Shown in pieces: positions 29,402 to 38,354 of a stretch of 64,000 bases of DNA (its first letter is position 1; every line of letters starts with the position of its first letter). The notes under the pieces were generated by a model. The model had not been told where the DNA came from. It saw only the letters and a program-made list of their open reading frames with translations, and did no database searches. Origin of the DNA: Elusimicrobiota bacterium (GTDB lineage: Bacteria > Elusimicrobiota > Elusimicrobia > Elusimicrobiales > UBA9959); assembly GCA_009773155.1 (NCBI GenBank), contig WOVA01000007.1, positions 1,108-65,107 on the forward strand, read 5' to 3'. A program made the position numbers and the translations under genes.

Positions 29402-30664
29402 CTAACCTAAAAGCTTCAGTTTTTTGATTTTATATCTGGCAAAAACAACCCCATAGTCCCGACCGTAATATCTTGCAAATTCCGATCCTGTTTCTAAAAC
29501 GTTAAATTTGCAGATATCGTCCAATAGATCATAGTTTTCAATACCCGGCAAAGGCATGCACATTAGCCATGAATATCTCCCGGGTGCTATAAATTTCGCC
29601 GGAATCGTGATTTGAAACCGCATTATTTTTTCACCGGTGTAGTATTTGGCAAGCGGCTCGAGAATTGTAAAAATCCTCTTTTTATCCTTGTCATACAGAC
29701 TAATCGCCAGTTCTAAAAATTGCGACCAGCGTGACAAATTCAGCTCAACCAATAAGTTTATTTCCTCGTCATAATCAAACGCTTCTGCTTCTTTTAATGC
29801 TTCATCCACATTTTTAACTGAGATGAATTGATTGGTTTTGTCTGATAAATCCTCCCTTTGAATTTTTTTGATATTTTGACTTCCCCGTTTTGAATAAAAA
29901 TCAATCGCCAGTGGAGTATCATTATTAAATACCAATACGCCTTTTTCCAGAACAATCGTCTTTTCACACAACTGGGCTACTATCCCCATATTATGACTTA
30001 CAAACAAAACGGTTCTTCCTTTGTTTTTGCTGACCTCCTCCATCTTCCCGACGCATTTTTTCTGGAATTGCGCGTCTCCTACCGCGAGCACCTCGTCCAC
30101 AAGCAAAATCTCCGGCTCAAGGTTTGCGGCAACGGCAAAGGCTAACCTGACATACATTCCGGATGAATAACGCTTCACCGGCGTATCCAGAAACCGCTCA
30201 ATCTCTGCAAACGCTACAATTTCATCAAACTTGCGTTTAATCTCCATGCGGGCCATTCCGAGAATGGCGCCGTTGAGGTAAATATTTTCCCGGCCGGTCA
30301 ACTCTGGATGAAACCCTGTCCCCACCTCCAAGAGACTCGCCACCCGCCCGGTGATTTCAATCCGCCCGTTGCTCGGTTCGGTAATACGGGAAAGAAGTTT
30401 CAGCAGCGTTGACTTTCCCGCGCCGTTGCGCCCGATAATTCCTACTCTGTCACCGCGTTTGATTTCAAAAGAAACATCTTTAAGAGCAAAAAACTCCTCG
30501 GTTGTTGACGACTGTGAACCGGAAAACGGAGACAGGATTTTCCTGCCGAGATTTTGGACGCCCCGGGTTATCACATCGCGCAGGGCGGCGTAACTCTCCC
30601 GCTGCCGGTGACTGAGAATGTATTTCTTGCTGAGATTATCCACCTTAATTACAGTATCGTCCAT
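29402..30664 (-). CDS. wzt: Polysaccharide ABC exporter ATP-binding protein (Wzt/TagH-type) with C-terminal extension
   Basis: Walker A GRNGAGKST, signature YSSGMYVRLAFA, Walker B ILLVDEVLAVGD. About 170 extra C-terminal residues. Confidence 0.9.
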   Translation of the reverse strand: MDDTVIKVDNLSKKYILSHRQRESYAALRDVITRGVQNLGRKILSPFSGSQSSTTEEFFALKDVSFEIKRGDRVGIIGRNGAGKSTLLKLLSRITEPSNGRIEITGRVASLLEVGTGFHPELTGRENIYLNGAILGMARMEIKRKFDEIVAFAEIERFLDTPVKRYSSGMYVRLAFAVAANLEPEILLVDEVLAVGDAQFQKKCVGKMEEVSKNKGRTVLFVSHNMGIVAQLCEKTIVLEKGVLVFNNDTPLAIDFYSKRGSQNIKKIQREDLSDKTNQFISVKNVDEALKEAEAFDYDEEINLLVELNLSRWSQFLELAISLYDKDKKRIFTILEPLAKYYTGEKIMRFQITIPAKFIAPGRYSWLMCMPLPGIENYDLLDDICKFNVLETGSEFARYYGRDYGVVFARYKIKKLKLLG

Positions 30665-30686
30665 AAAATTTTTGCGGCAAAAATTT

Positions 30687-31526
30687 TTAAATTACATCCG
30701 CAAAAGTTTTCTCCGTTTTCCTGAAATACCAAATACCTGAAACAAGCGCAAGCAAAACCACTCCGGTAGAAATCAGGAAGCCGGGCATATAAACGGCCGA
30801 CTGCCCGCCTAGAATTGCCCAGCGGAACCCGTCTATGACTCCGACCATCGGGTTAAGCGAATAGAGCAACCGCCACTTTTGAGGTATTATACTGCTGGAA
30901 AAGCCAACCGGTGAGATATAGAGGCCCAGTTGCACAATAAAAGGAACGATATATCTAAAATCCCTGTATTTAGCATTAAGCGCGGTGAGCCAGAGACCGC
31001 ACCCCATGGCCGCCGCAAACGCAATAGCAACAAAAAACGGCAGCGTAACAATCCTCCAGTCGGGCACGAAGTGGTACCACATCATCAACCCGGCCAGAAT
31101 AAGCGCTGAAATCAGGAAATCAACAAAACCGGTGATTATGGAACTGGCGGGAATAATGAGCCTTGGGAAATAGACCTTGGAGATAAGGTTGGCATTGCCG
31201 ATGAGACTGCCGCTGGCCTCAGCAAGGGAGTTTGAGAAAAACTGCCATGGGAGCATAGCGGCAAAGACCAGAATCGGATATGGCGCGCCCTCCGATGGCA
31301 ACCTGGCCAGTTTGCCGAATACAACGGTAAACACCACCATGGTGAGAAAAGGACGAATCAGAGCCCATACGAAACCGATTACCGTCTGTTTGTAACGCAC
31401 CAGAATATCGCGCCAGGCAAGGAAATAAAACAGCTCTCTGTAGCGCCACAGATCCAGCCAGTAATGCTTTTCCGTCCGTCCCGCCTCAATGATTAGCTTC
31501 TTCTCAGTATTCATAGAGATTTTCAC
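30687..31526 (-). CDS. wzm: ABC-2 type polysaccharide exporter permease (Wzm)
   Basis: 6-TM ABC-2 pattern with LAWRDILVRYKQTVIGFVWALIRPF at the N-terminus. Adjacent to wzt. Confidence 0.9.
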   Translation of the reverse strand: MKISMNTEKKLIIEAGRTEKHYWLDLWRYRELFYFLAWRDILVRYKQTVIGFVWALIRPFLTMVVFTVVFGKLARLPSEGAPYPILVFAAMLPWQFFSNSLAEASGSLIGNANLISKVYFPRLIIPASSIITGFVDFLISALILAGLMMWYHFVPDWRIVTLPFFVAIAFAAAMGCGLWLTALNAKYRDFRYIVPFIVQLGLYISPVGFSSSIIPQKWRLLYSLNPMVGVIDGFRWAILGGQSAVYMPGFLISTGVVLLALVSGIWYFRKTEKTFADVI

Positions 31527-31594
31527 GCATTACGCTTTATAGACGCGGTGCCAATAATAGGGAAAATCAGGCGCCCAGTCGTAAAGCAATATCT

Positions 31595-32305
31595 TCATTT
31601 TTTATTGAGCTTCGCGCTCCTGCCCAGGTAGAGCGCCGTCACAAAAACAAGGTCGGCCGCGGACAGCAGCGCCGAAGCGCCGAGGAACCAGGCGCCGAAA
31701 CCGTACAGCGCGGCGAAAGGCAGAATGAAGATATGCGCCTGCGGGTCCGTAAGATTGTAATAAACCTTGTAAGGCAGCGTCCCCGTGTGCGGGAGGTAAC
31801 CGGAATCTTTTTTAGCGGCCTCCCAGCTCCCGCCCAGGGTGGCCCAGAAATCCGTCTTCACCCTGCAGGCCAGAAGCTTGGCGATGGTCACGAAAGCCCC
31901 GATCACGGGCCAGGTCTCGCCGCCTAAGCCTATGCCCAGGGCGAAATAGGAGAGGATATAGAAATTTCCCACCAGCCCGTCCCAGTATTTCCCGGCGCGG
32001 GAAGCGGTCTGCGGCCAGGCCCTGGCCAGATTGCCGTCCACGCAGTCGAAGATCGTATAAAGCAGCAGGAACAACCCGCCCCAGAACATGGCCCCGGGGC
32101 TGCCGGAAGCAAGCGTCGGCAAAGAGGCCAGCCCCAGCACGGCGGTCAGCCCGGTTATGCCGTCGGGCGTGGCGCCTAAGCGCCGCAGGAACAGGGTAAG
32201 AGGGAATGAAACAGGCCTGGCCACATAGAAAATCCAGGGATAGCCGGAATCCCAGGCCTTCTTTTCGCCGTACCCTTTCAGCAACTCCGCTTTCTCGTCG
32301 TTCAT
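31595..32305 (-). CDS. CDP-alcohol phosphatidyltransferase-like membrane protein
   Basis: Polytopic. DCVDGNLAR...G...D is only a partial match to DGx2ARx8Gx3Dx3D. Confidence 0.55.
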   Translation of the reverse strand: MNDEKAELLKGYGEKKAWDSGYPWIFYVARPVSFPLTLFLRRLGATPDGITGLTAVLGLASLPTLASGSPGAMFWGGLFLLLYTIFDCVDGNLARAWPQTASRAGKYWDGLVGNFYILSYFALGIGLGGETWPVIGAFVTIAKLLACRVKTDFWATLGGSWEAAKKDSGYLPHTGTLPYKVYYNLTDPQAHIFILPFAALYGFGAWFLGASALLSAADLVFVTALYLGRSAKLNKK

Positions 32306-32319
32306 ATGTTAGCTAAAGG

Positions 32320-33486
32320 TCAATAACTGCCCATATTTTTAAGCACCCAGATTTTAAAAAACGGGTCGGAAAACACATATCCCCCGTTTTCCTTTTCAAT
32401 TAAACCCTTTTTAAGCAAAAGCCCTACGGAAACCTGAACGGAAGATAAAGGGCCGAGCTTATAGCCCTCCGCAATTTCACCGGAGTATAATTTCCCGGCG
32501 GGTTTTTGCGCGACGACCTGCAGAAGCCTGCGCTGTTTCATCGGGATACTTTCCAGAATACCCGTATAAAAAGGAGCCTGCGTATCCGCTATGTGCGCGG
32601 AAGTTTCAGACACAAGCGCCTCCGTCAATTTCGCGCCTTCACGACATTTATTCCAAAGAAAACTGCACAAGCACTGTACATAGTACGGTATGGCGTCGGT
32701 TTCCGCAAGAATGCGTTTAAGAGCGGCTTCCCCCGCCTCAACCCCTATAGCCTTAAACCGCTCACGGATAAAAATCCGAAAATCAGCATCCATAATTTTA
32801 CCAAGGAAAACCACCCTGCCTGGTTTATAAAAAGCCCTGTCCCGGCTGTTTACCATGTCCGCAATGAGATGCTGTCTGGAACCGGAAAAGATATATGAAA
32901 CATGGTGATGAGTTTGAAAGGCGGCGCGCATAAGCTTTTCAAGAGGTTCCCCGCCAAGAACCGTCACCTCCTGGAATTCATCAAGCGCAATAACAAGCCG
33001 CTTATTGCGCCGCTTCGCCATTTTCTCGGCGGCGTTGAAAAGTTCCGAAAGCGCCGCCGATTGCTCGTTTTTTGATCTCCCCAGATCAAGAGAGGCGGAT
33101 AATTGGCCGTCCTGCTCCAGTGTTATTTTTGGCCTTAATAATGGAATGGTTTCACGGGCCATCCTGACCACGGCCTCAAGCTCCGTTTCAGTTTTAAGCA
33201 GAACTTCGTCCGTAAAAACCGCGGCAAACTGTTCCAGGGAAGCGCACCGGTACAGATCTATATAGGCTGTAAGCAGGCCCTTGCTTTTAACCCCCTCCAA
33301 TAAATTTGCCAGAAGGGATGTTTTCCCGAACCTGCGCGGAGAAATAAGTAATATCCTTTCTCCCGATTGCAAGCCTCTCGAAAGATCAATAAGTTCTTTT
33401 TTCCTGCCGGTAAAAGCCTGTCCCACGGCAATTTCACCATAAACGAACGGATTATTCATATACCCCCCTCGCTTACGTATACACAC
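32320..33486 (-). CDS. ATPase (Arch_ATPase/ORC-like AAA+ with C-terminal winged-helix-like region)
   Basis: Walker A ISPRRFGKTSLL, Walker B LVIALDEFQEV. The likely true start is MNNPFVYGE at 33459. Confidence 0.75.
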   Translation of the reverse strand: MCIRKRGGYMNNPFVYGEIAVGQAFTGRKKELIDLSRGLQSGERILLISPRRFGKTSLLANLLEGVKSKGLLTAYIDLYRCASLEQFAAVFTDEVLLKTETELEAVVRMARETIPLLRPKITLEQDGQLSASLDLGRSKNEQSAALSELFNAAEKMAKRRNKRLVIALDEFQEVTVLGGEPLEKLMRAAFQTHHHVSYIFSGSRQHLIADMVNSRDRAFYKPGRVVFLGKIMDADFRIFIRERFKAIGVEAGEAALKRILAETDAIPYYVQCLCSFLWNKCREGAKLTEALVSETSAHIADTQAPFYTGILESIPMKQRRLLQVVAQKPAGKLYSGEIAEGYKLGPLSSVQVSVGLLLKKGLIEKENGGYVFSDPFFKIWVLKNMGSY

Positions 33487-33535
33487 ATAACGTATTTATA
33501 CATAATTATTCAGGGGATTTCCAAACTAACCGCTC

Positions 33536-35185
33536 CTATGCTGTAGCGGCGCCCTTCCCCGGCTTCAGGGCCAAACCCAGCCTGTCGCCGCGCTTCAGCG
33601 TGCGCGCGCCGGCGTCTTCCGTGAATTCGCCGAAGGCCTCGTTAAAGCCTATGTCGTCGGAAACCAGGCAGCCGCCGCCGGAGAGAAAAGGCCAGGCGGC
33701 GCCGTACTCGAAGCGCATATTGGCGCAGGTATGTGCGCTGTCATGCAGGAACAGGTCTATTTTCCCTATCCGCTCCAGCGCCGGGAGCAGAAGTTCCCGG
33801 GAAGAGCCTATCTCCAGGGTCCAACGCCAGCGCAGGTTTTCCGGGACCAGCCAGCCTATTTCCCTGCTTCCCGGCACAAAACCTTCGCCTTTCTCTTCGC
33901 CTATATCTATGGAGGTCAGGGCGCCGCGGCCGTTACGCTCCATGGCGCGCAGGATAAAATAAGAAGAGGCTCCATTGGCTACCCCTGTTTCCAGAACCTG
34001 CGCAGGCTTGAGCAGGCGCGTTAATATATATATCACCTTCCCGCAGGACAGTTCAAGAACGCCGCCGCCCCGGAAAATCTTGCCGGCCCCGGCCAGGTGC
34101 CTGCGTATCTCCGCGGCGCACTCTTCCGCCTCGGCCGCGGCGGCGCGCGTTTCCTCCGGCGTCTTCCCCAGGAAAGCGGCCAGCCTGGCTTCAAAAATTC
34201 GCTCATAAACCGGCCCGCAATAATACCGGCCCAGCAGCCTCGACCTGGCGAAAGCCGCCAGTACACTAACAGCTTTTGAAACGTACCAGGCCGCTTCTAC
34301 GCCCTCCAACCCGGCCCTGCGGAAAAAGACAGTAGGCAGACGCAATAGCCACGAGGAGAAAACGGCGAGAAAATCCAGGAACAGGATGGACCATTTCCTG
34401 GCGGAGAAATGCTTACTGTAGAGCCTGAAAGTGGCTTCCAACATCCGTCTGCGACCGCGCGCCCGCTCCCATTGTAGCGCCGAAGATTTTCCCCCGTAAT
34501 GGGTCACGAGCGCGGCGGGACAATACCACAGTTCCAGGCCCGTTGAAAGTGCCCGCCAGCACCAGTCATGCACCTCGCCGTAGAAGAAGAAGTCCTCGTC
34601 GAGAGCCCCTATCTTCTCCACCGCCTCCCGGCGCAGCATTACGCAGGCCCCGGAAACCCGGTTTACGGGGCCGGCGGAGTCGTAGTCGTGAAAAGAGCCG
34701 GAGAAAAAACGCGCGTTAAAACCTTTCGGCAGGAAATAATAAGCCCTTAAAAACCGCAGCAGGGACAAGAGCGGCCCCGGGGCCGGGTAAACCGAATGCT
34801 GCGTGGAGCCGTCCTTTTTAATAAGCCTGGGGGCGACAAGCGCTAAGGACGGGCGGGCGTCCATAAAGTCCGCCAGTACCCCCGCCGCGTCGTTCTTAAG
34901 AACTGTGTCGTTGTTCAGCAGCAGCAGATACTTCCCGGAGGCCAGCGCTATTCCCTGGTTGTTGGCCGCGGCGAAGCCGGCATTATATTTATTCAGTATC
35001 AGGCGCGCCGCCGGAAAAACTTCGCGCGTCATTTCCACGCTGCCGTCGGATGAAGCATTGTCCACTACTATTATTTCAACCGTCCGCCGGCCCGGGCAGG
35101 CCGCCAGCGAGGCCAGGCAACAGCGCAGGTATTCCCTGGCGTTCCTGTTCACGATTATTACCGAAATTTCAATTTTTTCAGACAT
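33536..35185 (-). CDS. Fusion: GT2 glycosyltransferase (N) + class I methyltransferase (Methyltransf_24-like, C)
   Basis: ISVIIVNRNAREYL...VVDNASSDGS...LLLNNDT. The C-terminal part has VLETGVANGASSYFIL...SIDI...FLHDSAHT. Confidence 0.8.
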   Translation of the reverse strand: MSEKIEISVIIVNRNAREYLRCCLASLAACPGRRTVEIIVVDNASSDGSVEMTREVFPAARLILNKYNAGFAAANNQGIALASGKYLLLLNNDTVLKNDAAGVLADFMDARPSLALVAPRLIKKDGSTQHSVYPAPGPLLSLLRFLRAYYFLPKGFNARFFSGSFHDYDSAGPVNRVSGACVMLRREAVEKIGALDEDFFFYGEVHDWCWRALSTGLELWYCPAALVTHYGGKSSALQWERARGRRRMLEATFRLYSKHFSARKWSILFLDFLAVFSSWLLRLPTVFFRRAGLEGVEAAWYVSKAVSVLAAFARSRLLGRYYCGPVYERIFEARLAAFLGKTPEETRAAAAEAEECAAEIRRHLAGAGKIFRGGGVLELSCGKVIYILTRLLKPAQVLETGVANGASSYFILRAMERNGRGALTSIDIGEEKGEGFVPGSREIGWLVPENLRWRWTLEIGSSRELLLPALERIGKIDLFLHDSAHTCANMRFEYGAAWPFLSGGGCLVSDDIGFNEAFGEFTEDAGARTLKRGDRLGLALKPGKGAATA

Positions 35186-35320
35186 GGCAAAAGATATACT
35201 TTATCAAAACCCCGTTAGTCCCCTGCCGCGCCGATCAAGAACCGCCACACCGGTAAATAATATTACCAGTTTGCCACATATATGGTAAGTGTTTCGTCCG
35301 GTTTGTTTTGTCCGGTTTTT

Positions 35321-36208
35321 TTAGATATAGCAAAGCAGATATTTTATCAGGGCCTTTAAATAACCGGGGAAGCCGCAAACACCCCCTATACGCAGGAAGG
35401 CCGAGAATTGCTCCCGCGCTTCCGCTTTCCGGCCGGAACTGAGCAGGAAAGAGCCGTAAAGATAGCGCGAGCCGGCCTCGAATTTATCTATCGTCCGGCG
35501 CTCTTCCGGCCAGAGCTTCCTGAACTTATCGGCCAGGTAAAAACTGTCCCGGTACATGGGCTCGCTCTGCCCGGCCGTTCCCGGCCTGAAGCGCTGTAGG
35601 GTAAGGCGTTCGGGGAGGAACCCGAAGGAAGTCTCCGCCGCCAGGCGGAGCAACAGATCAAAATCGTCCTTGCCGAAAAGTTTATCGTCGAAGCCGCCCG
35701 CTTTTTCCAAAAGAGAGCGTCGGATCATAGTGCCGATAATGGGCACCGCCACGCCGCGCTCAAGGAAAGTTTTGAATAAATTTCCTTCCCGGGGCCCGGT
35801 GAAAACTCTTTCTCCCAGGCTGCTGCCTTCCGCGTCTATCCTTTCCACTCCGGTATAGACCGCGCCTATGCCGGCGTTCGCCGCAAGAAATTCCACCTGG
35901 GCCGCAACGTGTCCCGGCAGCCACAGGTCGTCCTGGTCCAGCACGCAGACCAGTTCGCCGGAAGCCAGGGAGAGGCCTTTGTTCCGCGCGGCCGCCACTC
36001 CCTTGTTTTCCTGTTCAACCGTCCTCAGGCGCGTATCGGCGGCGTAGCGTGCGATAACCCCTGCAGAGCCGTCGGAGGAGCCGTCATTGACCACTATCAC
36101 TTCCAGGTTCCGGTAGGTCTGGCCGAGCGCGCTTTCCAGGGCGCCGGAGATCCAGCGTTCCCCGTTATAGCAGGTCGCTACCACGCTCACCAGCGGGCCG
36201 TCGCTCAT
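35321..36208 (-). CDS. GT2 glycosyltransferase
   Basis: VSVVATCYNGERWI...VIVVNDGSSDGS...VLDQDD. Confidence 0.85.
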   Translation of the reverse strand: MSDGPLVSVVATCYNGERWISGALESALGQTYRNLEVIVVNDGSSDGSAGVIARYAADTRLRTVEQENKGVAAARNKGLSLASGELVCVLDQDDLWLPGHVAAQVEFLAANAGIGAVYTGVERIDAEGSSLGERVFTGPREGNLFKTFLERGVAVPIIGTMIRRSLLEKAGGFDDKLFGKDDFDLLLRLAAETSFGFLPERLTLQRFRPGTAGQSEPMYRDSFYLADKFRKLWPEERRTIDKFEAGSRYLYGSFLLSSGRKAEAREQFSAFLRIGGVCGFPGYLKALIKYLLCYI

Positions 36209-37440
36209 AAGGTCCCCTTAAAGCTGTCTATGACCACCGCCGAGATGCGGAGGTATTCCCGGACCATTTTTCCGACTGAAAATTTTGAAAGGGCCCGCGA
36301 CCGCGCGCTGGCGGACATAGCAGCCAGCAGGTTCCTGTCCGCGAAAAGACGCAGGCACTTTTCCGTCATGGCGTCCACATCGCCCGGCTTGAAGAAAAAA
36401 CCGTTCTCTCCATCCACTATGGTAGAGAGCGTGCCTCCTATAGCGGCTGTTACCACCGGCTTGCCGCAGGCCAGCGCCTCCAGTGCGACCAGAGGGTGGC
36501 CCTCCACCCGCAAGGTGGGATTAAGGAACAGATCGCAGGCATTGTAGTATTCCGGCAACGCGGGCTGCGGCACATGACCGCAGAACGCCACCGTTCCCGC
36601 GAGGCCCGATGAAACGGACAGGCTTTCCAGTGAGGCGCGCTCCGGGCCGTCGCCGGCTATCAGCAGGCGCGCGCCGCTTATCTTGTCCCTGATGCGCCTG
36701 AACGCCTCCAGACCCAGGTGGAAACCCTTCTGTTTATGCAGTACGCCGGCCATCAAGAGCACCGGCCAGGCGCCGGAAAAACCATACCGCTCCAGCGTCC
36801 TCGCGCCGGCGGGCGGGTCCGGCCTGAAAAGGCCGACATCTATCCCGTTGTAGACGGTGTGCAACTTGGCGGCGGCGAAGGAAAACTCCGCCTTTATGGA
36901 GTTCGCGCTTTCAGGGCTTACAGCTATAAGGGCGTCGGCCCCCTTGACGGTATGATAGAACCAGGGGAGGTAGAATAACAGCGTCTGCGGCAGGATCTTC
37001 ACCGCAAAAACCGCCAGTTCTCCAGCTGTAGAAACTCTGTTAAACTCGCTTCTCAGGCCGTCCCTCACCCCTGGGCCGTTCATGATGGTCACCAACGGCA
37101 AAGCCAGCCCTGAGCGGGAAGCGGAACAATGCCACCCTGACAGATTTTCGGCCCAGAGTACGTCGAAACGGGAAGCGGCGTGCAGTTCCCGCAGTTTTTC
37201 AAGGCTTTTCAGCCGCCAGCGGGCGGCCCAGCGCACCGACATGGAATGGTCCGTTCCGTCCAGGTACAATGTCCTTACCCCGTTCTTTTCTTCCGCAGCT
37301 TTTCCCTCCGGATGCCGTGTGGTAAGGAGTGTGACCCGGTGGCCGTCTGCCGCCGCGCCTTCGCTTATCAGCCTGCAATGCATTTCACTGCCGCCCGCCA
37401 GATGGGCCTCGGTCGTGGTGGAAAGTATGCAGATGTTCAT
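36205..37440 (-). CDS. GT4 glycosyltransferase
   Basis: EX7E region RVEGHPLVALEALACGKPVV. 4-nt overlaps with both neighbours. Confidence 0.85.
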   Translation of the reverse strand: MNICILSTTTEAHLAGGSEMHCRLISEGAAADGHRVTLLTTRHPEGKAAEEKNGVRTLYLDGTDHSMSVRWAARWRLKSLEKLRELHAASRFDVLWAENLSGWHCSASRSGLALPLVTIMNGPGVRDGLRSEFNRVSTAGELAVFAVKILPQTLLFYLPWFYHTVKGADALIAVSPESANSIKAEFSFAAAKLHTVYNGIDVGLFRPDPPAGARTLERYGFSGAWPVLLMAGVLHKQKGFHLGLEAFRRIRDKISGARLLIAGDGPERASLESLSVSSGLAGTVAFCGHVPQPALPEYYNACDLFLNPTLRVEGHPLVALEALACGKPVVTAAIGGTLSTIVDGENGFFFKPGDVDAMTEKCLRLFADRNLLAAMSASARSRALSKFSVGKMVREYLRISAVVIDSFKGTL

Positions 37441-38354
37441 AGCCGGCCGCGGCGCGGCACCGGACCGAAAGCCCCGGCGACCGCCGCTTTTAATATCAGG
37501 GCCAGCTCCGGCGGGTCCACGCCCCCGTTCCGGCGCAGAGAGTCCAAAATATGCAGCGGCGTCCCGCCCAGCAGCAGGAAAGCCAGCTGCAGGGCTTTGA
37601 GCGGAAATGAAAAGTTCCGTCTTATCACCCAGAGCTTGTTCCTGTAGAGATAATAAAGCCGCTCCTTTTTAGGGCTTTTTATATCTATGTCGTGCAGGAC
37701 CCTGACCGCCGGGAAGTATCTCACCCTGAACCCGGCCAGACCGGCGCCCAGGCAAAAATCCACCTCTTCGTGCGCGGTAACATAAGAGCCGCAAAAACCC
37801 CCGCTCTTTCGCAGAGCCCCGGTCCTTATCAGTAAGCAGCTTGAGTTGAGCCAGTCGCAGTCCAGAGGGACCGCGGCGTCCTTTTCCCGGTAACGGCCGG
37901 TGAAACGGCCGACGAAATTAGCGCAATGGGCCGTACGGTCCGGCCCGGAAAGGAAGCAGAGCCGCGGGCCGGCCACTCCCAGCGACGGGTCGCGCTCCGC
38001 CCCGGAGATCAGCGAGGAGACCAGGCCCGGCGGCAGGACCACGTCGTCGTCCAGGTAAAGCGCGTAAGCGCTCTCCCCCGCCAGTTCCCCCTGCAGCCTC
38101 TCCCTCCCCCGCGCGATGTCCGCGCGGGAAGGGTTGCGCAGCAGCCGCGCGCCGCGCCAGCCGGCGGCGGCAAAAGCGCCCAGCAGCCCGTCCGCGGCGG
38201 CGGCGGAACCGTCGTCGCTCGCGTCGTCGAGCAGAACGAGGTCCATACGTTCGGCGGGGTACTCCTGCGCCAGCAGGGAAGCCAGGGTCCGTCCCAGCTT
38301 TTCCCGGCGGTTGCGGGTGCAGATGAGGACGCTTAACCGGGGGAGCGTGCTCAC
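37437..38354 (-). CDS. GT2 glycosyltransferase
   Basis: LSVLICTRNRREKL...LLDDASDDGS...YLDDD. Confidence 0.8.
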   Translation of the reverse strand: MSTLPRLSVLICTRNRREKLGRTLASLLAQEYPAERMDLVLLDDASDDGSAAAADGLLGAFAAAGWRGARLLRNPSRADIARGRERLQGELAGESAYALYLDDDVVLPPGLVSSLISGAERDPSLGVAGPRLCFLSGPDRTAHCANFVGRFTGRYREKDAAVPLDCDWLNSSCLLIRTGALRKSGGFCGSYVTAHEEVDFCLGAGLAGFRVRYFPAVRVLHDIDIKSPKKERLYYLYRNKLWVIRRNFSFPLKALQLAFLLLGGTPLHILDSLRRNGGVDPPELALILKAAVAGAFGPVPRRGRL

